Origin: Giardia intestinalis
Lineage: Eukaryota
Assembly: GCA_000002435.2 (NCBI GenBank)
Contig: CM018793.1
Direction: 5' to 3' (one strand)
Length of the DNA stretch: 64,000 bases
Shown here: piece after piece, positions 1 through 8,958 of the stretch
Numbering within the stretch: the stretch's first letter is position 1
Layout of the letters: every line of letters starts with the position of its first letter
Notes under the pieces: generated by a model
What the model saw: only the letters and a program-made list of their open reading frames with translations
The model's database searches: none
What the model was told of the DNA's origin: nothing
Made by a program: the position numbers and the translations under genes

Positions 1-403
1 TCTTGCTCTTTGGTTCCAGCGGGATAGGGGAAGAAGCAACAAGCTTCCCATTGGACTCAACCTTAACAACGACGACGCCAGCTGCGTTGCAATAAGCATA
101 GCGGAAGTCAGTCCTTTCTCCGGGATAGACGACATACTTTGTAATGGGGGCAGCAAACTCCACGGAGTCAAAGCGTTCGCCAGTGACACAGTCACAGCAC
201 TCCAGCTTCGATCCGCCATTATACACAAGTATAAGGAAAGTGGTGCCTTGAATCATGTGAACCTCCTCGAGATCTCCGACAGTTCCCATCTTGGATACCT
301 TCTCAAACTCAGACGTGGAGAAGTAGTCACTGTTGTATCGCATGCGTTGCACGCTGACCTCCGCATCCTTTTCCGTAATGTTGAGATAGGTCTTGGGAAT
401 CAT
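1..403 (-). CDS. Hypothetical protein, 5' part only (N-terminal ~134 codons; continues past the left window edge)
   Basis: I translated the minus strand by hand from the ATG (complement of 401-403). The frame stays open to position 2 and reads MIPKTYLNITEKDAEVSVQRMRYNSDYF...VYNGGSKLECCDCVTGERFDS... An A/T-rich initiator (AATAAAAATC) sits directly upstream of the ATG. The ORF track omits it because the stop lies outside the window. I do not recognise a family. Confidence 0.45.
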   Translation of the reverse strand, partial: MIPKTYLNITEKDAEVSVQRMRYNSDYFSTSEFEKVSKMGTVGDLEEVHMIQGTTFLILVYNGGSKLECCDCVTGERFDSVEFAAPITKYVVYPGERTDFRYAYCNAAGVVVVKVESNGKLVASSPIPLEPKSK

Positions 404-839
404 GGATTTTTATTCCGTTTTTGTTCATTCTTCGTTATTCTTCCTTTAAATCTAAAACAGTTTCCAGCTTTTCATTGCTTTTTATCTTGCATAAGAAAGA
501 GCGCTGCAGCGTAAGCATATGAACTGCGTTGGACAGACACTTGCTCCTTATTTCTGGGGCCACGTGCCGCGGGCGTATCAGCATGCAAATCTGTTCACTT
601 GTATTCAGCGGCAATGTGGTAGCCCGCATTCTGCCTATGATGCAGAGCTGTCAAGAGCAAAGCACGACATCACGCCTAGTAGCGTTTACTGCTATAGAAT
701 CATACGCGAGCCCCATGTAAAGCGATCATTGCCACGGTACTTTCTGTACTGTATCGAATCGCCCTTCTGCCTTCGGTCCGGGAGCTTACCAATGTAACAC
801 CTGATGTGTAATAAAGTCACTGTCTTGGTATCCTATGTC

Positions 840-1286
840 CTACATGCCGGTCTTCTTGTTGAATCTCCTCTTTTGAATTAAGCAAGATACACAAAAGGTG
901 AGCGCGTAAGCAAAAGCCAGAAGCCCGTTGCAGCGCTTGCTTCGCAGCTCTACGAGCGCCAAGACCAGACTGACGCCAGCCACAAGGTTGAGGAGGCCCG
1001 AAACATAGCCCTCCGTGGAATACTGGGTCATCATTCCGCTTGCGATGAACACTTGCTTCGTCTCATTAACTCCAACCCTCTCTATCCCATAGGGTGGAGG
1101 CGTATTGATGAGATTGTAAATTACGCCAGATGTGGAAAACGTATAGGCTATACAGAGCAGAATGTAAAAGTAGAGAGGCCTGATGTGTCTGTAGACACGT
1201 GCCACCAAATTATCACAAAAACTCCAAGCCTTATCAATACGTTTTCGTAGAGTGGTTGTCTGACTCCTCTGAATCCGTTTGGCCAT
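840..1286 (-). CDS. Small 3-TM membrane protein resembling oligosaccharyltransferase subunit OSTC/DC2
   Basis: The 148-aa ORF has ATG at 1284-1286 (complement), TAG stop at 840-842 and an upstream TTTTAAAA initiator. Three predicted TM helices. Segments SGVIYNLINTPPPYG and QYSTEGYVSGLLNLVAGVSLVLALVELRS align with my recollection of human OSTC (GGIIYDVIVEPPSVG ... [26 protein letters not shown]). The assignment rests on memory of that sequence, not on a search. Confidence 0.5.
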   Translation of the reverse strand: MAKRIQRSQTTTLRKRIDKAWSFCDNLVARVYRHIRPLYFYILLCIAYTFSTSGVIYNLINTPPPYGIERVGVNETKQVFIASGMMTQYSTEGYVSGLLNLVAGVSLVLALVELRSKRCNGLLAFAYALTFCVSCLIQKRRFNKKTGM

Positions 1287-1445
1287 TTTTAAAAGGGAGT
1301 AGGGGCATGTTTCAAGGACGAAAAGATAGGTTTACTGAGGGCTGGGGCACCACTCTAATCTGCCACAGATGAAGCAGAGTGCAAGTGTTGAGCTCTGCAG
1401 TCCGACCAAGAGGCTGACAGAGAGGGTCACAGTTATGGATAGAGC

Positions 1446-4400
1446 CTACATTATATCTTTGTAATCAAAGCCGTCGTTTTCCCACCGTGGCCCTAATCGA
1501 AGTCCATTTGCACGTATAGAATCCTCTATTATGTCCAGAAATTCCCCAAGATCGTTCTGAATGCATCCATCAGATTCATAGGCACCCACAATCTGCATTT
1601 CATGAGTCATACGTGATCCTGAGCTACGTTTGTCTGTGTGATTGGCTTTCCCCCACACTGTGTTTATGTACAAGGCACACAGTTCTTCTGTCTCTGCGAC
1701 TATGTCATTGTATCGCTCTATCTCTAGCATCTTGATTGCCCGAATACGCCTCTTCATACAGTCCTTTGAAAGCATTCGCAGTTTTTCCTGGGACATAAGA
1801 AGCTCATCCAGTACCTCGTTCTCTAGGCTCCTACCTTGTCTCAAGAGAAACTTAATGCACCGCACCTCTTCAAGCTCATGAATAGCTGAAAAGCCTGACT
1901 CGTAGGCACTGGCTATGCAATACGGTGTCTGGAAACAGCGATTGTCTACGTCCCCAATCAGAAGCGGATTAAGAAGAGGGTAATGTTCCCACAGGATTGT
2001 CAAGAACATCTCTATTTCTACTATGCGGGCATCTAGTGACGTATTCGTGCCCCACATATCTATTCCTTTAAGAACAGCCACCTGTGATGGATACTTGCTT
2101 ATGTTAGACTGTTGTATGACGTTCTTGACTAAGGACGAGTTCTTCACCGCAGAGAGAATGTGTGGGTCACTCTTCCGTGATCTCCGCATGACGGAAACAG
2201 CATCTTCTACTGTGCTGCTTTCAATACGGACCTGTAGGCTATGGCTCGGTAGTGGATGTGGACCAAACCGAGCTTTTGGTGCAGTGCTTTTTCGCTCCCA
2301 CAGCTGCGGAGAGACGTTAGACTTGATGTGCCTGTACGTATCGTTCACCGGTATGCTTGAAACTATATAGCCCCAAACTGCTTCGTCGATATATCTGTAC
2401 GATTCGTGTCTCGACCGAGATATTTGGCTCTTGTTGGCGTTTGCAAGTAGGTCTAAATACTCACGTATTAGCAAGCATACCTCCTGCACTGCATGAAGGA
2501 CAAGTTTAGAAAAGATGCTATCTCTACTGACATCATCACCAAGATCGGGGGGAGTATAGTAGGGAGACATAGAGAAGATAGACTGGTGCAAAGTCTGTGG
2601 TTGGAAAGATGATTGGCTGGGGAGAAGAACAGCATGGAACGAGCCACAGGCACATTTGGATGAAAGGGTCTGTACGCTTGATTGACGCTTGACCACAGAG
2701 GTGCCCGAAGTTGACCCTGTAGCATCAGGTTTTGCAGGATCTTCGTTTAACATGTTATTGTACCGGGCATCTGCCTTAGTAAGCTCCTCTTTGAAAAGCT
2801 TCTCTGCTGGTGTTCTAATGAGCTCAGAGGGATCCATGGGGATTATATCTAGCGTGCGCTCTTCTAAGGACCAAAGGGGGTTCCACAATGACCTAATTCT
2901 CTCTGGAGTGATATATCTGCATTTAGGAATGCTTATGGACCAGTAGTCTGTCAGAAACGTGTTTGTTGAATCTTCTGCTGACGGATTGGGCGGGTTTTCT
3001 GCATCAGGAATTAGTGGGGTGTTTTTCACCGTGATGTCTGTGCATAGAGTGTATGGAACGGTTGACCTCAATTCCCGCTGAGCGATATCAAAGATTGGTG
3101 CGGCACCACGCTCCTCTAAAAGTGTGTAGCGTTGGAATAGAGGGGCATGAATACTAGACAGATGTGCGGGGTCGTTTTCTCTCTCGTCTATTAGTGCCGA
3201 GATGCTGTCCAGGGTGGGAATAGGAAGAAGCCTTGACTCCCCCAGCTTTACCGGCCGGTGAAGAATGCGTTGATAGTTCTCCATCACCTTGTCCACAGAC
3301 TCATACGAGGGATGCTTTTTGGTACTTGCTATGTCACTGTCAGGACTTATCTTCCCTAATAGCACATGTTTGGCTATTTCCAATCCACGGCACCGGGCAA
3401 GTCGAATTATCTCCTTGCTCTTCCAGCGATCAAGCTTGTCGAGCGATCCATAGGACAGCAGAGATGGATGAATAGCAAGCATAAGATTTAGTAAAGGCCG
3501 TATACCGTGATGATAGTTGGGTAATGTAATAAGCTGCAGCTCGGAGGGCGTGAATGGGGAATCCGAGCACCTAAGGGGTGAACACAATCTGTTACTAATA
3601 GCACTTATTGATCGCCGCTCTTCATCAGTTCTTTGCACGCCACAACGCCGCTCTTGCAAATAATAGTACTTTGCAGTCTCCTCATCCTTTTCATCGAGAG
3701 TCTGGAAGTCAATGTCATCGTAGAGGATAGCCGCTTCAATGGACAGCATCAGGTCTTCATCAAAATCAAAGACACAGCCGTCCACAATCTCAAACAGAGC
3801 AGCATGATTTTCTATTACAAAGTCATAGATGTCATCCCAAATAGTGAAGGGAACGAGGGGATCATCGTCTTCCTGCACCGTCTTAATCAATTGATCATAA
3901 GCGCGAAGGGAGGAGAAGTCCTCTGCTTGTGGAAGCTTAGCTACAAGTAAAATAGATTTATCCGAGTCACAGCCTAATAAATGATAGAGCTGCTTTGTCA
4001 TATTCTCCTGGTCGTAGGTAGATGTCACCAGGAGATCGAGAACAGTTGTTGGAAGGATCTGTGACGAGGGGAGCTGTTTTGCAAAGGCAGAGAATTTCCT
4101 ATTATACAGTTTCGTCATTAGGATTGACGTTGCCAAATTAATAGACAACTGCCCGCTGGTTAGCATGCTAGAAATAAGGGAGTTTTGTGGGTCATATGTG
4201 TAGACTGCTTCGTTCAGATGCTTGGCCGTCAAGAGATATGATACCCTGTTAGAAACAAGACACGATGATGCCAAGTGTTGGACTTTTTCTTCAGGTTCTG
4301 TATTTTTTGCCAGTTTTGCTGCAGCACGGGGTAGAGAGTGTCCAAATTGAGCAGATGGCTCCTTCTGTGGCTCGTCGCTGTACACGCCTGTTGCAGTTTT

Positions 4401-7400
4401 TATAGCTTCAAGCTCTTGACTATGGATGCCATATGCTTCATAGTTAGTTAGGTCTAAGGTGGAGGAAGAATTCATGCTATTGGTACCTGGAGCATTCAGT
4501 GGTGCAGCTGCCAACGTAGCTATGCCCGTGAGGCTGTTCAGTGACATATTGCTTATTAAGCTTGTGCTAGCGGGGTAGAGGCAGCGCAACCCTTGACTGA
4601 CACCTGATATATTCGCTACAGTCCCATAATACTCATTGATGTCGAGTTGCTCCGACGATGGGGCAACCCACCCTCCAATCCTGTGGACGTCAAAGATCGA
4701 CTTCACGAAGAAGTACCCATACAGTGGCATATACACTATGGCTGGAACAAAGCATTTAGGATGGCAGAGCATGTCGTGAATTGTAGCGAGCAAGGACGTG
4801 TTAAAAAACGATCTCAGGCGTTGATTGGCGATTATTTGTTCCAGAACTCCGACAAAACTCGTGGAGCTGCTGAGTCCCTTTATACCCTCTGAAAGGAGCT
4901 GATAAAGCTGAAAGTTAATGTAGAATGTTAGAGATTGCTGCTTCCACGCATTTGCAATCTTCCAAGATATGTGTGGATTGGTACTGAGCACTTCGTTGTT
5001 CAGGCCAGGTACACTGGGTTGTGAGTGGGCACCCAACGAGGACATGCTGGTAGAAGCCTTCAGAGTAGCTACATCTAGAGGGCTAATGGAGATCCCAAGA
5101 GAAGAACAGTACTCGACACACTTCTTCTCATGGTCAAGGATGGTTAGATCCACAGAGCCAACTGAATGGGGAACCATGTATACACGTGAGTACTGAAGCC
5201 GTAGGTTCAATGGACTAAAGATTGGCAGGCGAAAAGGGCTGTTCATAATCAGAGCCAGGATGCACAAGAAGCTGACGGCCTTGGGAAATAGCTCCTCATC
5301 ATCAAAGCGAACAATATCAACAGACAGCCTTTGGATAGCAGACCCTAAAAGAACTGCATCAACGGTTTTCATGTATAGAGCAACGTTGGTGATGGCTGTC
5401 TCTACCTCACTTCGAGTCCCCGGGACGCTGATAAGAAAAGGTGATCTTTCCCTGTACTCTAAAAAGGAAACAACATTGGGAGGAAACAGCGAATCATAGT
5501 CACTGAATACTGGAGTAAACAACCTTGAGGAGTGGGAAAGATCAATGCTTGTGACAGTTGGAGGCATGCAGAGGCCCAATGCAGTAGTTAGGAAGCCTGT
5601 TGGACTTGTGTATTCAGCTCTTTGAAAAGAGGATGTCCAAGGGAGAGCCTTATCCACGTCGCCTCTACTATCTTTCTGTTCCGAATTAAGATCTTGTGCA
5701 CCGCTCTCAATCAATAGCCACGAGATATCGTTTAGTACATCAGACAGAAAGTCTAGGGGATCATTAAGTGTGCATGTGCAACTCTCGAAGAAGCCATGGG
5801 CGCATCTCTGTTCTCTTGGCGTAGAGCTATCGTAGGCTTGAGAGCCCATGGTCGGGCAAAGTATTCTATCCCTAACTAAGATAGATTGCATGTAAGGAAG
5901 CGAAAGGCCCCATATAAGGTAGATGGCTGGAATCCCTCCTCCTATTTCATCGTGAAGCACTAAGTCCCGTGCACCCAAAACTAACTTTGGAGCCTGCATA
6001 GGAGAGGGGATGAAGAGGGAGGTGAGAGATACTGATAGATCAATAAGAGAACCCACCAGAGAAGATACTGGCTGGGGTCCATGGTTCCACGAGGAGAGTA
6101 GAACACCTGGCAGGGTTTGGCTCATTGGGCCAGTAGCACCTGGGGTAGCACGCAGGTCCAGAAATGTGTGTGAAGGGTCTGGCGTAGCAGTTGATAGAGT
6201 CAAGCCAATATGCTCTCTAAATAGAGGGTATACCAATTCAATAGGCGCTGTATCAATATGGAGAAGCTCAGCATTGGGCAAGGAAAATATGAACAGCCCG
6301 CTTTCCGATATACCTTTGAAAAATGTAGCTGCACGTTCTTTCAGCGCTGGGTCCTTGCGTAGCTTAGAAAGTCCGAGTGAAAAGAGCGATGCAGCAGATC
6401 TATCCTCCATGACTTCACTCTTGCACCGAGAGTGAAGAACGAAGTGAAGCCCTGCTGTGTCTGGAGATCCAGTGATGGTATATGTGCTTAAATCTAAAAT
6501 AGAATTCAGTGACGCGTGTCCTATGGCAAGAGACCCAGTGCGAAAGTCAGGGGCAAGCGAAGCGAGGACAGCCTCGCCGTAATCCTTACAATACGCTTGC
6601 ATTATCCCAATCTTCTTATTGAGAATGCTGGTCAATACAGTACGTGTAAAGCTGGAACAAGACGGTGCTGCAAGGCGCTCAGAGGTATCTGTGAATTCCC
6701 TCTCATGGCCTAGTGAGGCAGAGCTGCTGTCGCTACTCTCATCAGCCTGGACAGTAGGCCTTTGAGATCCCCGCGCAGACACCTTAACGGTTGAGCTAGA
6801 TCGAAGTGTTACAGGATCGATGTCTACTTGAGGTGTTACGATAGAGCTAGACTTTAGAAGCGAAGACCCAAGAGTAGACAGGCCTAGAGACTCGTTAGAG
6901 CCGGCAGACAGCTCCATGTCATTTCCACGGAGACAGGCCTCAAGGGGCTCATCGAGAACTACCTTAAAAACATATTCTGATACGAACGGCTTTGTAGGGG
7001 ATGCTGCTTTGGTTTTGGAGTCGTGTCGGTGAGTTTTGCGATGAACTGAGTTTCCATGCTCAGCAACCTTGGATGCGGCATAATACGGTTCCAGCTCCTT
7101 GACTGTATTTAGCTCATCGAGGAATGATACTGGTAAAGGAATCTCCGGATCTATTACGATGTTACCCAAGATAATTTTTGTTATGAGCACTTGAGGCTTC
7201 GGTGAGTCCTTTTGGTCTTGAAGTGTGGACTTAATAAGCATCTTATCACTAAATGGAATCGGCAGTGTCTTTTTTGCATTGCTATCAGAATCTGTTAGTG
7301 TGAAAGTTAGAGTACTAGTAGATTGCTTAGGGCTTACTGGCAAGCTTTTTGCTTGATCAGATAGACGGAGTGGGGATGTATGAAGATGCGTTGGTTGGAC

Positions 7401-8666
7401 GAACTGTAGCTCTGAAAACACAACGCACCCCTGGTCAGTTGTGCTTCTCAAAGGTATAAGGATGTTGACACACTGGAGATAGGAGAGATCGTCCACTCCC
7501 TTGATGATGTCCATAGTTTTAATGTTGCTGGGCAGATCTGCAAATGATCCCATAGAGCTTGTGGGGGTGCCCATGGACATAGCCTGTGGAGAAATTGTTA
7601 AGAGCTGGCGTCTCCGCCCGCGCTTACCGGCACCAACTCCACCACTGAGATTAACCTTAATATTCTTCTCTTGAATGTTATAGATATCTGCTTTAAATCC
7701 CTGCTGGCTGGTTCTCTGAAGCATCTCCTGAAGAGCATCCTCATTAAAAACTGCCGAGAGGGTATAACGCTGTCCTTTTATATTCTTGTTGAGCAGCCCC
7801 TTGCTAGAAAATTCTGGAAACAGTCCCAATAGCTTCATGCTGGCATTGAGGGGTCCGTGAACTTCTAGCTTGACAGAGGAAAGCTCGGAGCAGGTATAAA
7901 AGCGCAAAAGCTGCGGGGAAAGAAGGGAGTTAGATAGTAACAATTCGAGATAGATCTGTCTGATGCGGTTCGGGTGGAATAGAGAGTGAGGGCTGTAATC
8001 CCCCGGCAACATCAAGTGAGTGGGGAAAATGAGGGTTTCTATAGGAGATAGAGTCAGCGGTGCTTCCCTTGAAAGATTTTGTGCCGTGTATTTGCGGACT
8101 GCTGGGGATAACGAAGAGTATGCAGCCTGCTTGTTCACGCGGGCCGATAGAGAGATGGATTCAGAGTAAGTGTAAGGAATGTTCAAGTCTATCCCAAACA
8201 TAATAGAGAACAAATTGAAGTTACCCCTGACCATGCGGGTAACAATCTCCATGGCCAGGATGAAGTGGTTTGGAGCAGTGTCAGCTTTTAACGCTGACTC
8301 TCCATAACCGATAATAGCAGCAGATGGCCTAGGAAACTGGGCATCTGCCAGCTCTTGGGGGGTGAGCTGCATATGAAGGAGTCGCTGAATATAGCTTAAC
8401 AAAGTAGAATTCTCCCTCATATAGTCGTAGAGTAATATGTCTGACCGTATAGCGGAAATATTGGTAGTCGATGTTATGTGATGCCCCACGGGCGCCTTTG
8501 TGTTATCTGGAGTGCCGTGCAGAGGAGAGGTTGTAGCAAAGTCAGACAAAGGAATAAAGGCACAAGACAACCCGTTCTTCTCTAGCTCTGCTTCTTCTCC
8601 CCTATTCAGCTTAACAATGACAATGCCCTGCATCATAACAATGAAGCGGCGGGAACGTCTTCCCAT
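1446..8666 (-). CDS. Very large hypothetical protein (2406 aa)
   Basis: Uninterrupted 7.2-kb ORF, with ATG at 8664-8666 (complement) after an A-rich leader and TAG at 1446-1448. No P-loop, kinase, motor or other motif I can name. Only small out-of-frame ORFs overlap it. Confidence 0.8.
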   Translation of the reverse strand: MGRRSRRFIVMMQGIVIVKLNRGEEAELEKNGLSCAFIPLSDFATTSPLHGTPDNTKAPVGHHITSTTNISAIRSDILLYDYMRENSTLLSYIQRLLHMQLTPQELADAQFPRPSAAIIGYGESALKADTAPNHFILAMEIVTRMVRGNFNLFSIMFGIDLNIPYTYSESISLSARVNKQAAYSSLSPAVRKYTAQNLSREAPLTLSPIETLIFPTHLMLPGDYSPHSLFHPNRIRQIYLELLLSNSLLSPQLLRFYTCSELSSVKLEVHGPLNASMKLLGLFPEFSSKGLLNKNIKGQRYTLSAVFNEDALQEMLQRTSQQGFKADIYNIQEKNIKVNLSGGVGAGKRGRRRQLLTISPQAMSMGTPTSSMGSFADLPSNIKTMDIIKGVDDLSYLQCVNILIPLRSTTDQGCVVFSELQFVQPTHLHTSPLRLSDQAKSLPVSPKQSTSTLTFTLTDSDSNAKKTLPIPFSDKMLIKSTLQDQKDSPKPQVLITKIILGNIVIDPEIPLPVSFLDELNTVKELEPYYAASKVAEHGNSVHRKTHRHDSKTKAASPTKPFVSEYVFKVVLDEPLEACLRGNDMELSAGSNESLGLSTLGSSLLKSSSIVTPQVDIDPVTLRSSSTVKVSARGSQRPTVQADESSDSSSASLGHEREFTDTSERLAAPSCSSFTRTVLTSILNKKIGIMQAYCKDYGEAVLASLAPDFRTGSLAIGHASLNSILDLSTYTITGSPDTAGLHFVLHSRCKSEVMEDRSAASLFSLGLSKLRKDPALKERAATFFKGISESGLFIFSLPNAELLHIDTAPIELVYPLFREHIGLTLSTATPDPSHTFLDLRATPGATGPMSQTLPGVLLSSWNHGPQPVSSLVGSLIDLSVSLTSLFIPSPMQAPKLVLGARDLVLHDEIGGGIPAIYLIWGLSLPYMQSILVRDRILCPTMGSQAYDSSTPREQRCAHGFFESCTCTLNDPLDFLSDVLNDISWLLIESGAQDLNSEQKDSRGDVDKALPWTSSFQRAEYTSPTGFLTTALGLCMPPTVTSIDLSHSSRLFTPVFSDYDSLFPPNVVSFLEYRERSPFLISVPGTRSEVETAITNVALYMKTVDAVLLGSAIQRLSVDIVRFDDEELFPKAVSFLCILALIMNSPFRLPIFSPLNLRLQYSRVYMVPHSVGSVDLTILDHEKKCVEYCSSLGISISPLDVATLKASTSMSSLGAHSQPSVPGLNNEVLSTNPHISWKIANAWKQQSLTFYINFQLYQLLSEGIKGLSSSTSFVGVLEQIIANQRLRSFFNTSLLATIHDMLCHPKCFVPAIVYMPLYGYFFVKSIFDVHRIGGWVAPSSEQLDINEYYGTVANISGVSQGLRCLYPASTSLISNMSLNSLTGIATLAAAPLNAPGTNSMNSSSTLDLTNYEAYGIHSQELEAIKTATGVYSDEPQKEPSAQFGHSLPRAAAKLAKNTEPEEKVQHLASSCLVSNRVSYLLTAKHLNEAVYTYDPQNSLISSMLTSGQLSINLATSILMTKLYNRKFSAFAKQLPSSQILPTTVLDLLVTSTYDQENMTKQLYHLLGCDSDKSILLVAKLPQAEDFSSLRAYDQLIKTVQEDDDPLVPFTIWDDIYDFVIENHAALFEIVDGCVFDFDEDLMLSIEAAILYDDIDFQTLDEKDEETAKYYYLQERRCGVQRTDEERRSISAISNRLCSPLRCSDSPFTPSELQLITLPNYHHGIRPLLNLMLAIHPSLLSYGSLDKLDRWKSKEIIRLARCRGLEIAKHVLLGKISPDSDIASTKKHPSYESVDKVMENYQRILHRPVKLGESRLLPIPTLDSISALIDERENDPAHLSSIHAPLFQRYTLLEERGAAPIFDIAQRELRSTVPYTLCTDITVKNTPLIPDAENPPNPSAEDSTNTFLTDYWSISIPKCRYITPERIRSLWNPLWSLEERTLDIIPMDPSELIRTPAEKLFKEELTKADARYNNMLNEDPAKPDATGSTSGTSVVKRQSSVQTLSSKCACGSFHAVLLPSQSSFQPQTLHQSIFSMSPYYTPPDLGDDVSRDSIFSKLVLHAVQEVCLLIREYLDLLANANKSQISRSRHESYRYIDEAVWGYIVSSIPVNDTYRHIKSNVSPQLWERKSTAPKARFGPHPLPSHSLQVRIESSTVEDAVSVMRRSRKSDPHILSAVKNSSLVKNVIQQSNISKYPSQVAVLKGIDMWGTNTSLDARIVEIEMFLTILWEHYPLLNPLLIGDVDNRCFQTPYCIASAYESGFSAIHELEEVRCIKFLLRQGRSLENEVLDELLMSQEKLRMLSKDCMKRRIRAIKMLEIERYNDIVAETEELCALYINTVWGKANHTDKRSSGSRMTHEMQIVGAYESDGCIQNDLGEFLDIIEDSIRANGLRLGPRWENDGFDYKDIM

Positions 8667-8958
8667 GAGCCTTTTTTTGGAGGTCTGACTTAAGAACGCA
8701 AGCTGATGTGTGAGCTAGGTATCCTGTGCAGAGATCTCTCCACAGAAAAGGTTGAATAAATGTGGCTGCAGTTTAGCTGGCACGTGGTGGGAGACAGGCG
8801 CCGGTCATCCTGCAGCATATGTGCTCCGGTGGGAGAGCAAAGCCGTGTCCAGCATCTCCAGTTCATCGTCCAGCGCAGCCAGAACGGCCACAGACGTAGA
8901 ATAGCTGGCGACGCGGTCCGTCTTTGCCACTATGATGGGAGCTTTAAATAAATATAAT

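Noticed and set aside
248-797. Plus-strand ORFs 248..514 and 519..797
   Set aside because: The first overlaps the better-supported minus-strand partial gene (1..403). The second lies in the long gap but has no initiator context and low-complexity, unconvincing composition. I kept it only as a possibility under the ncRNA/unknown finding.
1446-8666. Retroelement or reverse-transcriptase remnant (YDD tripeptide in ILYDDIDF)
   Set aside because: It is an isolated tripeptide without the surrounding RT motifs (no F/YxDD context with upstream motifs A or B), inside a continuous giant ORF.
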